64,000 nucleotides of DNA from the human T2T-CHM13v2.0 reference genome, Homo sapiens: the NCBI RefSeq assembly GCF_009914755.1, contig NC_060940.1; one strand, written 5' to 3'. Below the pieces are notes generated by a model. That model was not told the DNA's origin. It was given only the letters and a program-made list of their open reading frames with translations, and did not search any database. Positions 24,639 to 37,362 of the stretch are shown piece by piece (the stretch's first letter is position 1; each line of letters opens with the position of its first letter). A program made the position numbers and the translations under genes.

Positions 24639-27600
24639 GCATGTACTTAAAAGTGAAGCTACCACAGTGATTATTTTCCCTTCTATTTTAAAGTACATTT
24701 ACATTTGGGGAAAAAATAGCAGGTAAAGTTCTAACTGTAATTTAATGCATGGTCTAATACTTCCATTTATCAAAATGTCAGCTGCCAAACAATCAGCACA
24801 AACCAACATTGTTTCTGGGGAACTGGCCCACTCAAAAGACAATATCTCTGAAGGGAGTTTTAAACAACCAAGAGTGAACAAATTTCTCCTTTTTTGTAAA
24901 TTGATGTCTGCCAGGGTAAAGGTATGGGGAAAAAAAGGATGCACCTGCATTGTCTTGTAATTGTAACTATGGCATTTGCAAAAACTGAACTAGATTTTCC
25001 CATTTTCATGTATGGTGCTTTCAATAGTTGTGTGTGTGTGTTTCTGCAGAAGCAATGAATTTGGTTAGACCTACAGGTGTAATTTTGTCAACTTTCACTC
25101 TTGCAATAAGCCCATGACACAGACAAAGAACAAACCGTTGTCTTTTTTGAATGACATTTACATGCATTCCACTGCACGTCATTTACAAAAAAGGAAACAT
25201 GTCTTTTAACCAAAAAGACTCATAGGTGTAACAGCAAAAAGCAAAAGACTTTGCCTTATCCAGGATCACAAGGCTGGGAAGCCAAGAACCCAACTACAGG
25301 TTTCTAATTCTGAGTCTTAAAAACTTTTCATCACCTGCCCTACATCTCCAGTGTTGAGTCATCAACTTATTGTGGGAAAAGTAAGCTTTGAAAGCAGAGG
25401 AGTTTAACACAAAGCTCTTCCAATAGCGTGACCTCCAGTTCCTTACACACCTCTCTGAGCCTCAGTTTCCTCAAGGTTAAATTTGCCTGATATCCACATG
25501 TGCAGAATACTTTTGGAGAAACAGTAAGATATATGATTCTACACTACTGTCTCCATCACTTATACACACATATATCATTGGTTATGAGATTATAAGAGAG
25601 CAGAGATTTTGCTTTGGTTTCTGTTGAATCTTTCTGGAAATAACATCTCCAATGATGAAAGAAAGGAATTTGTAAAGCATATATTAAATACCTGAAAGCC
25701 TGCATGTATTATTTTCTCCCTCTTCTACGTTTTTATTTTCTACATATTTTATTGTAGAGGGTTCTAAGGGCCTGGATTTATGGTCTACTTTGTCTGACTG
25801 ACACAAAGTCCTCCAGCCACCTCAGCAGAAATCAAACACACGGGATGACGGCACATCCATGAGGGACAGCTGGTATTCGTGACGGTGTATAAATAATAAA
25901 TTTAGCGTTTAAAAATCTCACATAGGTCTTCTGATTTTATTAACCTAGACAACTTATAATAATTATGATAAACAGACATTGTCATTAAATATAGCAGCCA
26001 TTTGATAAGATTAAACATAATGCAATACATCTTCCTTTCCTCACATTCAGTATAATAAATTACCCTTAGGCTTCTAAATGAAGCATTTTATAATTGAGCA
26101 AAACAGATCGATTTTTAGCGGTCCTTATTTATATGCAAAACAGACTTCTTGAGAATGGTAAACTTGATTAAAATCTCTCTAATTGCAAATCACAAGTAAC
26201 TTTTTCTCCCAAGCCTTAACTATTCTATTAATGTATAATTTATGGCATACAAGGATAGTAAAATTCTAATGTGCTTATGATCCAGATGGAAGAAAGAGTT
26301 AAATAGAGAAAACAACAAAGTATATAAGATGGGAAGAAAATGGAATTAAAATTTTAAAAAATATTGCACTAGATAATGTCCCAGCTGTTACAGATGCCAC
26401 AAAACAACAGAGATTGGTATAGAATATAATAGCGGAATCAGCCTCAGGAGACTTTAAAGAGGTTTCCATGGAAGATCTAGATTTAGAGAGGAAAAAGTCC
26501 TCAGAAAATGCATGAACCATTCATTGGCTATGGAAAGCAAGTTTGCAAATGTGACCTATTTGGGTCTGTTTGGGAGCCCATAGCTACACCCCTACTCAAA
26601 ATCACAAGTCTGTTCTGGTCATTAACCAATGATTAAGACGTGAAATCCTAGGCGAGTGGCCTTTTACCTAACTGCATGTCATTTATTAAAAAAAAAAAAA
26701 AAAAGGAAACATGGCTTTTAACCAAAAAGATATATCGGTGTAGCAACAAAAATAAGGCCCCAGTTGATGTCAGTCATGGCCTCTGCAGGTATCCCCCTCC
26801 CCAACTGGACCAATTCCACATGACTCTTTTGGGTTCTACTTTAGAAGTGAATCCAGTTGAGATGTGGAGATGTTCTCTTGGGGGGAAGACTTAAAGATTC
26901 AAAGTTTCTAATTGATGGCCCCCAATCAGCTTCTTCATGGGCATACATTTTATAACCACCTGCAGTTAACTTTTTTTCTATTCAGAAACCAGCTTTATTT
27001 CCTATTCAGAAATAGGGCTACTCTTAACAGGAGTACTTATTGTTAAGTAAAAGTACATGATGTAATTTCTTCTCTAGTAAAGGTAAGTATTCAAAAAGAA
27101 CCTCTGGATTCTCCCACGCTTGTAGGAAGTTGTTCACACAGGGGGATGGACCTGCATGTTAGTTTGCTTTCATCTATCCTTGAGAATATTGCACTCTTCA
27201 GAGTATAACATTCATCTGTTTGTTTGAAACTGCTTATTTGTCACCAATATACATAGTTTCCTTTCCCATGTCCTAATAGAAATTGTTTTATTGTAAAATA
27301 TATAAATTATAAACTATTTCAATTGTGCACAAAGAACAAAAATATTATAAATAATAACTATGATTCATACAAATACATTTTATTTCAGGTGTAATTATTG
27401 GGTATATAGGATGGAGTAATCCTGCTCTGGGATTCAGTCATGAACAAGGTGAGCCTAGCTCCACTCTTAAAACAGACAATTATGAGAAGATGGATAATGG
27501 ATTCTCATAAAAGCCATGATAGCCAAAGCCCAGGGGTGATGAGTCCATATGGTGGTGTGAAGGAAATCTCCCTGGGGGGTGAAACTGGAATTAATGAGGC

Positions 27601-28489
27601 TGATGTGCCTTTCTTTCTTCTGGACTCAGCATAATAAGTTACCTGTAAGCTGTAGAATGAAGCATTTTATAATGGAATAAAACAAGTCAATTTAGAGTCT
27701 GTATTTATAAGGAAAGTAAGATTTTTGCAACTGGTAACACTGGTTAGCAGTTGTGGAGAATGCCCCAGGATGGTTCCTCTCCCCACAAGATTCCCCAGGC
27801 AAATTGTGATGGGGAAAGTGCTCCGTGTTCAATCTGTTCTTGTTCATTCTTCTCTTACACAGAATGAGATGCAGGAACAGGTGCTATCAACCTAATGACC
27901 GTTGGTTCTTTTCACATGAAAGTGTCTCAGAAACATTTCACCTATTGACAAGCCCAGAACATGATATTTTGATAAGTTCTATCAGATTAAATTTAAATAT
28001 TTTCCCAGAGCATTAATTTCTCTGGCTAACAGTATTGTTAGATTCAGTGCTACTCTTTTGATTGAAAGCAACTGAGCAAGGAATCATGATACTGCATGCC
28101 TTTGAAGAGTTTCAGGTTTGGGTAGCTGTCTGCAAAGGGCAATTTGTGATGGTGTCAACAGCATGTGGGCTCTAGAGGCTGATGTGAGAGGTAGAGAGAG
28201 AGTGAGCCGGACCTGTAGTTAGAAAGTTCAGGTTAGAGTTCTTCTCGGCCATGGATTCTGTGTGATCTGGCACAGATACCATTTTGGAAGCTGTGTTATC
28301 TCATATGCAGGATGCACATAGAAATATATTCCTCACCACAGGGTTTGTAGGAACACCAAGCAAAAAAGATCTGTAAGGTATATCTGTATTCTAAAGTAGT
28401 ACAAATATTTTAGAATATTGGGTACATGTCACAATTCGTGAGGGAACAAAATTTTCCCAAGCTTATTCATTGTCTTGTAAAAAAGTCTA

Positions 28490-28878
28490 TGGACAATTCT
28501 CAATTGAAGCATTCTACAAAAGACCTAACCAGTACTTCTCAAAATTGGCACGATCATCAAATCAAGGAAATTTGACAAACTGTCGCAGTCAACAGCCTCA
28601 GGAGATGTGACAACTGAATGCAATGTGACATTGTGGCATTCTGGGTGGCATTGTGAAACAGAAAAACAACATTAGATAAAAACTAAGGAAATATGAATTA
28701 AGTACAGACTTCAGTTAATAAAAATGTATCAATGTTGGTTCATTAATTTTAGCATATGTACCATACTATGTAAGATGTTAACAATAGGGGATGATGGTTA
28801 TGGACTGTACAAGAATTCAATATCTTCACAATTTTTCTGTATATCTAAACAGTTCTAAAGTGAAAAGTTTATTTAATT
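28490..28878 (+). mobile_element. L1MD/L1MC-type 3' UTR fragment
   Basis: aaaactaaggaaatatgaat...gtatcaatgttggttcattaat...taagatgttaacaatagggg...aaaagtttattt. Confidence 0.8.
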
Positions 28879-28904
28879 TTGCTAAATGGCATTATAAAAA
28901 GTCC

Positions 28905-29680
28905 CATTTATTTATTTAGCCAACACATATGCATTGAGTAGCTGCTGCATGTGCCAGACACTGCTCTAGGAGCTGGTGATACAGCAATTAACAAGATAAA
29001 ATGATGAGAGGTCACTTAATGGGTACCATGTATGTTATTTGAGTGACGAATACCCTAAAAGTCCAAAGTTTACCACTGTGGAATCTGGGCATGCAATAAA
29101 ATTACACGTGTACCCCATACATTTCTACAAGTAAAAATAAATGTAAAAACACAAAAATAAAATAATTAAAAATAATAATTAATAAAAACAAAGTCCTGGT
29201 TGTTAGTTTATACACCAGTAAGGAAATGAAAATAAATAAAATGTAAATATATTTTAAATGATATCTTGTGCTGCTAAATGCTATGAACAAAGAAACACAG
29301 CATAACAGTGAGGAGGAGAGATTGACAAAGCGGAAAGAGGAGATCTCTTGGGGGAGGGGTCAGAGGAGATTTGAATCAGTAGCGGTACAGAGAGAGTGTG
29401 GCCATGCCAATACCTGGGGTGGGAGCATCCTATGCAGAGGTCCCAGTAAGTGTGAGACCTCTGAGACCAGAACAGGCTAGGGGTGCACTAGGAAAAGTAA
29501 GGAAGTCACCATCACTGGAAACAAGCCAGAAAGGGTAAGTGTGGGAGCAGATGAAGCCAGAGAGGCTCCAGTCACTATATTGGGCAGTGCCTTATCCTCC
29601 AAAATAACTACCTTAGATTTTGCTCTAGGTAGGTTGGAAAGTCATTGGAAGATTTTTGTGGAAGAGAGAAAAGAAATAAT
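28905..29680 (-). mobile_element. L2 3' end, interrupted by an L1PB tip
   Basis: caacacatatgcattgagt...tgtgccagacactgctctaggagctggtgatacagc, resuming aacaaagtcctg. Confidence 0.75.
29002..29187 (+). mobile_element. L1PB3/L1PB4-like 3' tip with A-rich tail
   Basis: cttaatgggtac...ccctaaaag...accact...tgtaccccata followed by A-rich tail. Confidence 0.75.
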
Positions 29681-29952
29681 ATTTCTATTTCTTAGCATTT
29701 TATTATGAAAAATTTCAATCATACAAAAAAATTGAATAAATTGTACAATGAATAGCCTGATGTATCCATCACTTACATTCTGTAATTGCTTTGCTATAGT
29801 TATTTTAGACCATGTCTATTCATCTGTTTGTTCATCTATCAATATGTCTTATTTTTTGATGCATTCCAAATTAAGTGTCAGAAAGTAGTCCAATTCCTAT
29901 CAAATACTTTAGCACAACGTCATTAAGTAAAGTTTAGCCTTTGTTTACGGTT

Positions 29953-30460
29953 CTTTTTATTTAAGATGGAATTTATATGTATTAAAATGCACAAAGTTAA
30001 GTGTATCAATTCTAAGAGCTTTGACAAATGTACACGCCTGTGTAATCAAACCCTTAATAAGATATAGAATAACACATCTCCCCCAAGAGAGTCCGTCCTC
30101 CCCACCCACTTTTAGAGGCAACCTGTGGCCCTGTAATTCTACTTCCAGGTATATATTCAAGAAAATGAAAACATAGCCATGAAAAAACTTGTTCAACAAA
30201 GTTTATAGCAGTTTTATTGATAATGCACCAAACAGAAAACAGCCCAGTTATCCATCAGCAGGTAAATCAATTTAAAAAGTGGTGTATTCATACCATGGAA
30301 TTCTCACAGCACTAAAAGCAGCAAACTACTGAAGCGCAGAATAATATGGATGAATCTCAAACACATTTTACTCCATAAAAGAAACCAGACACAAAAGAGT
30401 ATACATACTGTCTATTTCCTTTCATGTGAAGTTCAAGAGCAGGAAAAGCTAACTCCTGGT
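29953..30460. mobile_element. L1ME-type insertion with inversion (3' end on minus strand 29953-30123; upstream part on plus strand 30125-30460)
   Basis: aaaatgcaca...tttgacaaatgtacac (reverse 3' end) abuts sense ggtatatattcaagaaaatgaaaac...tggatgaatctcaa...ccagacacaaaagagta. Confidence 0.75.
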
Positions 30461-30949
30461 TAAATAAGTATATAAGAAAGAAATGAGAATTCAACTTTAA
30501 AGGACCCTTTACCTGCTTTGGGCAGAACAAACTGCACTCCAGATGAATGAAGGCAAGAGAGAGCTTCCTGAATTTGCCCTAACTTCCTCGATTCTAAAGT
30601 ACAGAGCTCAATAATTGTGGAATGAGTAAATGAAGAGCTGAATAAAAAGACCTGAGATCTAAGGAATCTTTCTCTAAAGATGGGACTCTCTGAAGTGAGA
30701 CTACCTCCTAACATTTGTTGACAGCGATTCTCCAATCTGAAACCCTTGAGACAGGACTTATACACACTGCCTTTTATTCCCTCTCAAACCTTTACCCAGT
30801 ACCTTTATTCATTGACCTGAAACACACATGCTAATTTCCAGACGGTATATGTTGATGCATCTTGGTCATTTCTGTCTCAAGCACCAACAACTTTACAAAG
30901 ATATACATTTCAGAGCATTTATTAGGCTCTCATTATGCACTGTGTTCTT

Positions 30950-31296
30950 TTTTTTTCTTTATACTTTAAGTTCTGGGGTACATGGGCAAAACGTGGAGGT
31001 TTGTTGCATAGGTATATATGTGCCATGGTGGTTTGCTGCACCCATCAACCTGTCATCTACATTGGGTATTTCTCCTAATGCTATCCCTTCCCTACACCCC
31101 CACCCCGCGACAGAATCCCGTGTGTGATGTTCCCCTTCCTGTGTCTATGTGTTCTCATTGTTCAACTCCCACTTATGAGTGAGAACAGGCAGTGTTTGGT
31201 TTTCTGTTCCTGTGTTAGTTTGCTGAGAATGATGGTTTCCAGCTTCATCCATGTCCCTGAAAAGGACATAAACTCAACCTTTTTTATGGCTGCATA
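30950..31296 (-). mobile_element. L1PA7-like 3' fragment
   Basis: tatactttaagttctggggtacatg...gctgcacccatcaacc. 16-bp TSD tatgcactgtgttctt/tatacactgagttctt at 30934-30949 and 31297-31312. Confidence 0.92.
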
Positions 31297-32473
31297 TATA
31301 CACTGAGTTCTTAAGCTAGCTGTCAGCAAGATAGAAGTAAATCACACATAATCACTCCGTGGACTATTGGGAGAGGCATACATATACCCATGGGATGAGA
31401 ATCTGGGTATATGTATGCCTCTCCATACATATGGTTAAAATATGTAATAGTCACGAAACAGTTCTTTCATGACAAGCAGGCATGCAAGTTGCTCCTGCTA
31501 TATGTGTTACAGGAACTTAATTAGAATTATTTTTGGTGTACCTTCTATATTAGAAAGAACTATCACATGCTCAGTTCATGTTCCTTTGTTCTTAGAGTAG
31601 GAGGAGGACTCCCTTTTTTCAAACTAATCATTCATATCAATATAAACTAATATATATTTAACTTTACTGCAAAACACTGTATAATCACTAGCAATATTTT
31701 AATATGCATAGATGCATTTATTAATAATATGAGATTATATTACATAAAATATTTGGAGACCTGTTTTGTATATCTAATCAATATCACCTATATTTTTTTC
31801 CAAGCCAGTTAATATGTGCCCACATCCCACTTTAATTAATTATACAATATTCCATGGTGTGAATATAACATGTAATCAATCCCCTATTGGTGGACATTTA
31901 GGTTATTTCCAGTTTTAAACTTTTATGATATGGACTTCTTAATTTTTCTGGAAAATGAGGTTTCGCTATATGATTGCCTTTGTGTTACTTCCAGAATGCC
32001 AGTAAAACAGTTTTTTCCTGTTCACCTCTAACGGAAGGTTATAAATGGCACTACTTAGAGACCAGAAAAGGTTTCTAAAAGCTCAGGTGATACCTAGCAG
32101 CTGATGCTTGCAAGATTTCAGCTCACCTAATGCATGGCTCATTAATCAAGTCGCAGGACTCCACCTAGAATAAAGCAGTTGGGGAAAACGACAACTGGCT
32201 TTGAGTACAGGAAACCAGTTATTGTTAACTCTGTGACCTAGGGTGTGTGATTTAGCCTCTCCAAAGCTTCGTTTCCAGATCTATCAAATGGAAATATTAA
32301 TCGTTTGTTCTTGTGAAGTTGTTGGGGGGATCATGAGAGAAGGACTGTGGGTAAGACTGAATGAATTTTTCAAGGCTATTTAATTATATTTTGCTTTGTC
32401 CACATTTTCTGATGTTCCTAAGGAGAACTAATGCGATGAATGTAGTAAAACTTTTGGCAAAAGTTAAATTTAA

Positions 32474-33016
32474 ACATCGTGTTCATGTGTCTTTATAGTA
32501 GAATGATTTACATTCTTTAGGTATATACCCAGTAATGGGAATGCTGGGTCAACTGGTATTTCTGGTTCTAGATCTTTGAGGAATCGCCATATTGCAGTCC
32601 TATTTGCAATAGCAAAGACATGGAATCAAACCAAATACCTGTCAATGATAGACTGGATAAAGAAAATGTGGTACATATACACTAAGGAATACTATGCAGC
32701 CATAAAATGGAATAAGATCATGTCCTTTTCGGGGACATGGATGAAGCTGGAAGCCATCATCCTCAGAAAACTAACCCAGAAACAGAAAACCAAATATCAC
32801 ATGTTCTCACTCATAAGTGGGAGGTGAACATTGAGAACACATGAACACAGAGAGGGGAACAACACACACCAGGGCCTGTTGCGGTTGCAGGGTGAGGGGA
32901 GGGAAATTAGAGGACTGGTCAGTATGTGCAGCAAACCACCATGGTACACATATACCTATGTAACAGACCTGCAAGTTCTGCATATGTATCCCTTTTTTTT
33001 TTAGTAGAAATTTTAA
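32474..33016 (+). mobile_element. L1PA8A-like insertion with 5' inversion (32474-32590 inverted)
   Basis: 3' UTR gggagggaaattagaggac...gtatcccttttttttttagtagaaat. Perfect 15-bp TSD aaaagttaaatttaa at 32459-32473 and 33017-33031. Confidence 0.92.
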
Positions 33017-33335
33017 AAAAGTTAAATTTAAGAAGCAAAGGAAATTCCCTCAAACTATATAGCATAAATCCAATGCTCAGTTAAACTGACTTCATATAGG
33101 TGTTGAGATTTTCTAAGGTACTTCAGCCTGCAAAAGTGTCACATACAAACAGAAAGCTTTTCTGAGCCTCACTCATGTCCCAAAGTGGCTTAAACCAGGA
33201 ACTCTTGAGTCAAGCTTACGTCTAAGTCTCCAAAGAAGAGATAAACTTTAACAAGCAGAGAGGTGGCTATTCAAAGCTGGGATGGAGTCTGGACAAAACG
33301 ATTGTGCTATGGTGTACTTGAGACAGGAAATTTTC

Positions 33336-33640
33336 TTTTTTTTTTTTTTTTTTTTTTTTGAGACGGAGTCTCACTCTTTCGCCCAAGCTGGACTGCAGTA
33401 GCGCTATCCCGGCTCACTGCAAGCTCCGCCTCTTGGGTTCATGCCATTCTCCTGCCTCAGCCTCCCAAGTAGCTGAGATTACAGGCGCCCACCACCACGC
33501 CCGGCTAATTTTTTGTATTTTTAGTAGAGACGGGGTTTCACCGTGTTAGCCAGGATGGTCTCGATCTCCTGACCTCGTGATCCGCCCGCCTCGGCCTCCC
33601 AAAGTGCTGGGATTACAGGCGTGAGCCACCACGCCCGGCC
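33336..33640 (-). mobile_element. AluY (possibly a Yk-type sub-lineage), full length
   Basis: AluY diagnostics gcaagctccgcc and ccgtgttagccaggatggtctcgatc. Perfect 16-bp TSD gagacaggaaattttc at 33320-33335 and 33641-33656. Confidence 0.97.
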
Positions 33641-34799
33641 GAGACAGGAAATTTTCAAGTCACCATGACTTTCTCCTTCTTGGCATTTGTCATCATGGTG
33701 AATAGAAATTACTTCATGTAAGAATAAGTCATAATTTATAAGTTCTCCTGGTTCTTAATTTACTCTGTTTTTCTTAGAGCTGGCTTTATATATTGATTGT
33801 GCTTTAAGGTTACAAAGACTATTTAGACATTATCTCATTTAATGTTCACATTTGTGTAAAGTGTGCATTATTGGATTCATTTTCTACATTGCAATGTGAC
33901 GCCCAGTGTGCATGCAGCAGCTGGATCTGATCTTTGGATTCATGATCTAGCACCACTGATAACTGTTTATATCCTGTATGTGGGAGATACAATTCCATGA
34001 TCCTCTGGAATCTAAGATAGTAAACAGGGATCCATGTTGAGCCAGGCACTGCACCAGACATTGAGAATGAAGTTCACCAGGTGTAGTCTCTTTTTTCACA
34101 AGGGAGATGTTTCTTCTCATCCCTCTCTAAATTCAGGAAAGTCCTATTTAGGCCATGACCTGACAAAGAATGCACGTGCACACACATGCACGTGCACACC
34201 CCACGCTCCCCCGCTACACACACACCAGGACAATGAACCAACTTCTGCCTTAGGGAATCCAAGCTGAGAAATTCAGGAATCAAGTAGTTTTCCATGAGCA
34301 CTGAGGTTGAAAGACCAGGCTATGGACTGAGAGGCCTGGAGTGTGAACAGCACTTCTGGGGGAAGAGATGCTTGAAAGTGAGGAAACCATTGTGAGGAGA
34401 AAGGAGAGGCTGGGCTAAAGGAAGAGTCCCAAAGGGAAATGCAATGTCTTCTACCCACCTAGTCCTATGAGCAGATTTTGGTCCAGAAATAATTGTACTA
34501 GAGGGGTTTTTCTTCGCTGTCTAGGACCTGGTTTTTCAGCTTTTGTTGGGTTTCCCCACTTGCATAAACTTAATTTTACACCTTCACCCATTATGTGAGG
34601 TAACTTGACTGATTTTCAGTTTCTTACCAGCAAAATAACATAAATTTTTAATTTGTGCTTATTGCAGCACTATCTGTAACATTGTTAAAACAAAACAACT
34701 TAAATGATTATTAGCAAGTTAGCCATATAAACTCTGGCATTCACTTTCTCTTAAATATGATATAGTAATAAAGGATAATAATATATCTTCCATATAGTA

Positions 34800-35150
34800 T
34801 CTAACATATTTTCTTTTACTGCTATAATGTATTGTATTATATGAAAATGATGTAGCTATTACATATATAATTATATAAATATATGTAATATGTGTATTGA
34901 GATATGATATATATTTAATTTTATAAATATATGTTTGTAAATTTACATAATTTAATAGGTATATTTCGTAGGAATATAACTATCATTCCTATGAAATGTA
35001 AAATATATCGTATATATATCTATATATTTATATACATATACACACACACTCAATCATACCATATATGTGTTAAGTGAAACAAAAGTTGCAGTGCACATCT
35101 AAAAAAAACTTTATATTTCTCTATATACATATATTTATATAATGCCTATA
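34800..35150. repeat. AT-rich/(TA)-like low complexity, probably within a very old L1M remnant
   Basis: Visible atatat-rich composition. Confidence 0.7.
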
Positions 35151-36061
35151 AATATATTGGGAAGACACATCTCTGACTATAGAAGCTACCTCTTAGAAGA
35201 GGCTTAGAAAAGCGTGATCTAACCATGTCTTTCTACCTTAATTTTTTGCTTACCCATGATAATGGATTAATACTTCTAATGTAATTAAAACGAATCCAAA
35301 ACATATTTTGAAAGGAAACAAGAAAGTACACCACAAATTGCCTGTTTTATGGTTTGCTTTGTTTTTTTTTCTTCTTCCTCCCATCCTCACTGCTCAATAT
35401 GTAGTAAACAAAATCATTTTGTGGTGAGTTTTCACTTCAGTGTTCTAAAATAGAAGCTAAAAAGAGAATATTAAGTTACTCTGAGGTCTGTGCCTGCTGA
35501 ATTTTTTTTTCTCTTTTTTGTTTAATTTTCCACAATATGGACATGGGTAAAAATAAAACATAAACCCTGAGAACTAGAGTTTTCATCAAAATAATAAATG
35601 CCAATTGAAGAATAATTTTCAGGCACAATGGCCCAGAGGTGCTTACTTCATCTTTTAAACATGAGAGAACTTTAAAAATATTTTTAATGACTATTAAGAA
35701 AAAATAATGGGAATATTAAATCTTTTTTGTTGTGTACTATGTGTTATTGTTGTGAGTGTGTCTGTACCAGGGTCCTCATATGGATAAAAATATCAATACA
35801 TTTGTTTTAGCAAAGGAAAAAATCCTCTGGGACTAGAATGTGGCAGTTTAACATGATGTTAAATTTACCAATTTAAAGATGTTTACTCTTATATAAAACC
35901 TTATCTGCACATTGACATCATGCATTTAAAAACTCATCCTATATATATATAGGAGTCCAAAGGTTCAAATAGTTGTGCTAAGAGATTTGTTTATATTTTT
36001 AATAGAGTTCTTAACTTATTTATAGAAGTAAGCACTCTAATGTAATTTTTTAAAATGATGA

Positions 36062-36147
36062 ACTTTGGAAGGCTGAGGTGGGCGGATCACGAGGTCAGGA
36101 GATCAAGACCATCCGGCCAACATGGTGAAACCGCATCTGTACTAAAA

Positions 36148-36198
<51 letters not shown>

Positions 36199-36290
36199 CC
36201 AGGCATGGTGTCGGGCACCTGTAGTCCCAGCTACTCAGGAAGCTGAGGCAGGATAGTAAAAAAATAAAAAGTAAAATAAATAAAATAAAA
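36062..36290 (+). mobile_element. Partial Alu (AluSc-like) with linker expanded to A22(TA)16 and right arm mostly missing
   Basis: ggcggatcacgaggtcaggagatcaagaccatcc. Right arm stops at gaggcagga and is followed by an A-rich tail. Confidence 0.9.
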
Positions 36291-37038
36291 AGATATGCCT
36301 GGGCACAGTTACGGAGGTTCAAACCTGAACCCCCTCTGACCTTAGCAACATGGATGATGGGTTCAGGAGAGGGGATGTGTAACCTGAGGATCAGGGCTAG
36401 GCAAACAAATTCATTCTTCCCCACGAATGGAACCTGGATAGAAATGCGGAGATGGCCAATGTCCTAGTCCAATATGCAAAGACCAGGGAAAAGTACCACA
36501 GTTGCATAATGTGAAGGAAGGGGCTCATCAGTAAGAAATTACAGTCCTCCTGGACCACCGTCAAAGTCAGTGGGGAAAGCAGAGTTCTGGGTGAGTTGAA
36601 CAAGAGCAGGATCCAGACCAGGGCCAGGGAGCTGACAGGAAACAGGCGAAGAGTTTGGATTGTGGCAAACCAAAGACAGAAGACAGAAACTGTTCATGGA
36701 ACAGGAAGAACACAATTGGTGTTCCGAGGGCTGTCTTATTTGGCCAATATAGCAGAGGGCATGTGTCGTTATCTTGGGGAGCCACAATAGTGGTGTAGGC
36801 TCATCATTAACCAGCCTACCTCAGGTCCATGGAGAAAAACAATCAAAGAAACAAAAAATGCTGATATCAAGGATCACACACCGAAAGCACAGAATTTGTT
36901 CATGTACCTCCTTCCTTGATTAGTGTTGTTTTATAAACAGCATGGGGCAGGGCTTACTGGTGGGTCCCAAAGTAGGCACTCAATGGAAAAACTCACTACC
37001 AGTTTTGGAGAAGCACTAATATTTTTGTATAGATGTAA

Positions 37039-37362
<324 letters not shown>

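Noticed and set aside
24601-24645. Orphan poly(A)25 as a minimal retrotransposition event
   Set aside because: Only a 5-bp candidate TSD (aagca), compatible with chance or slippage.
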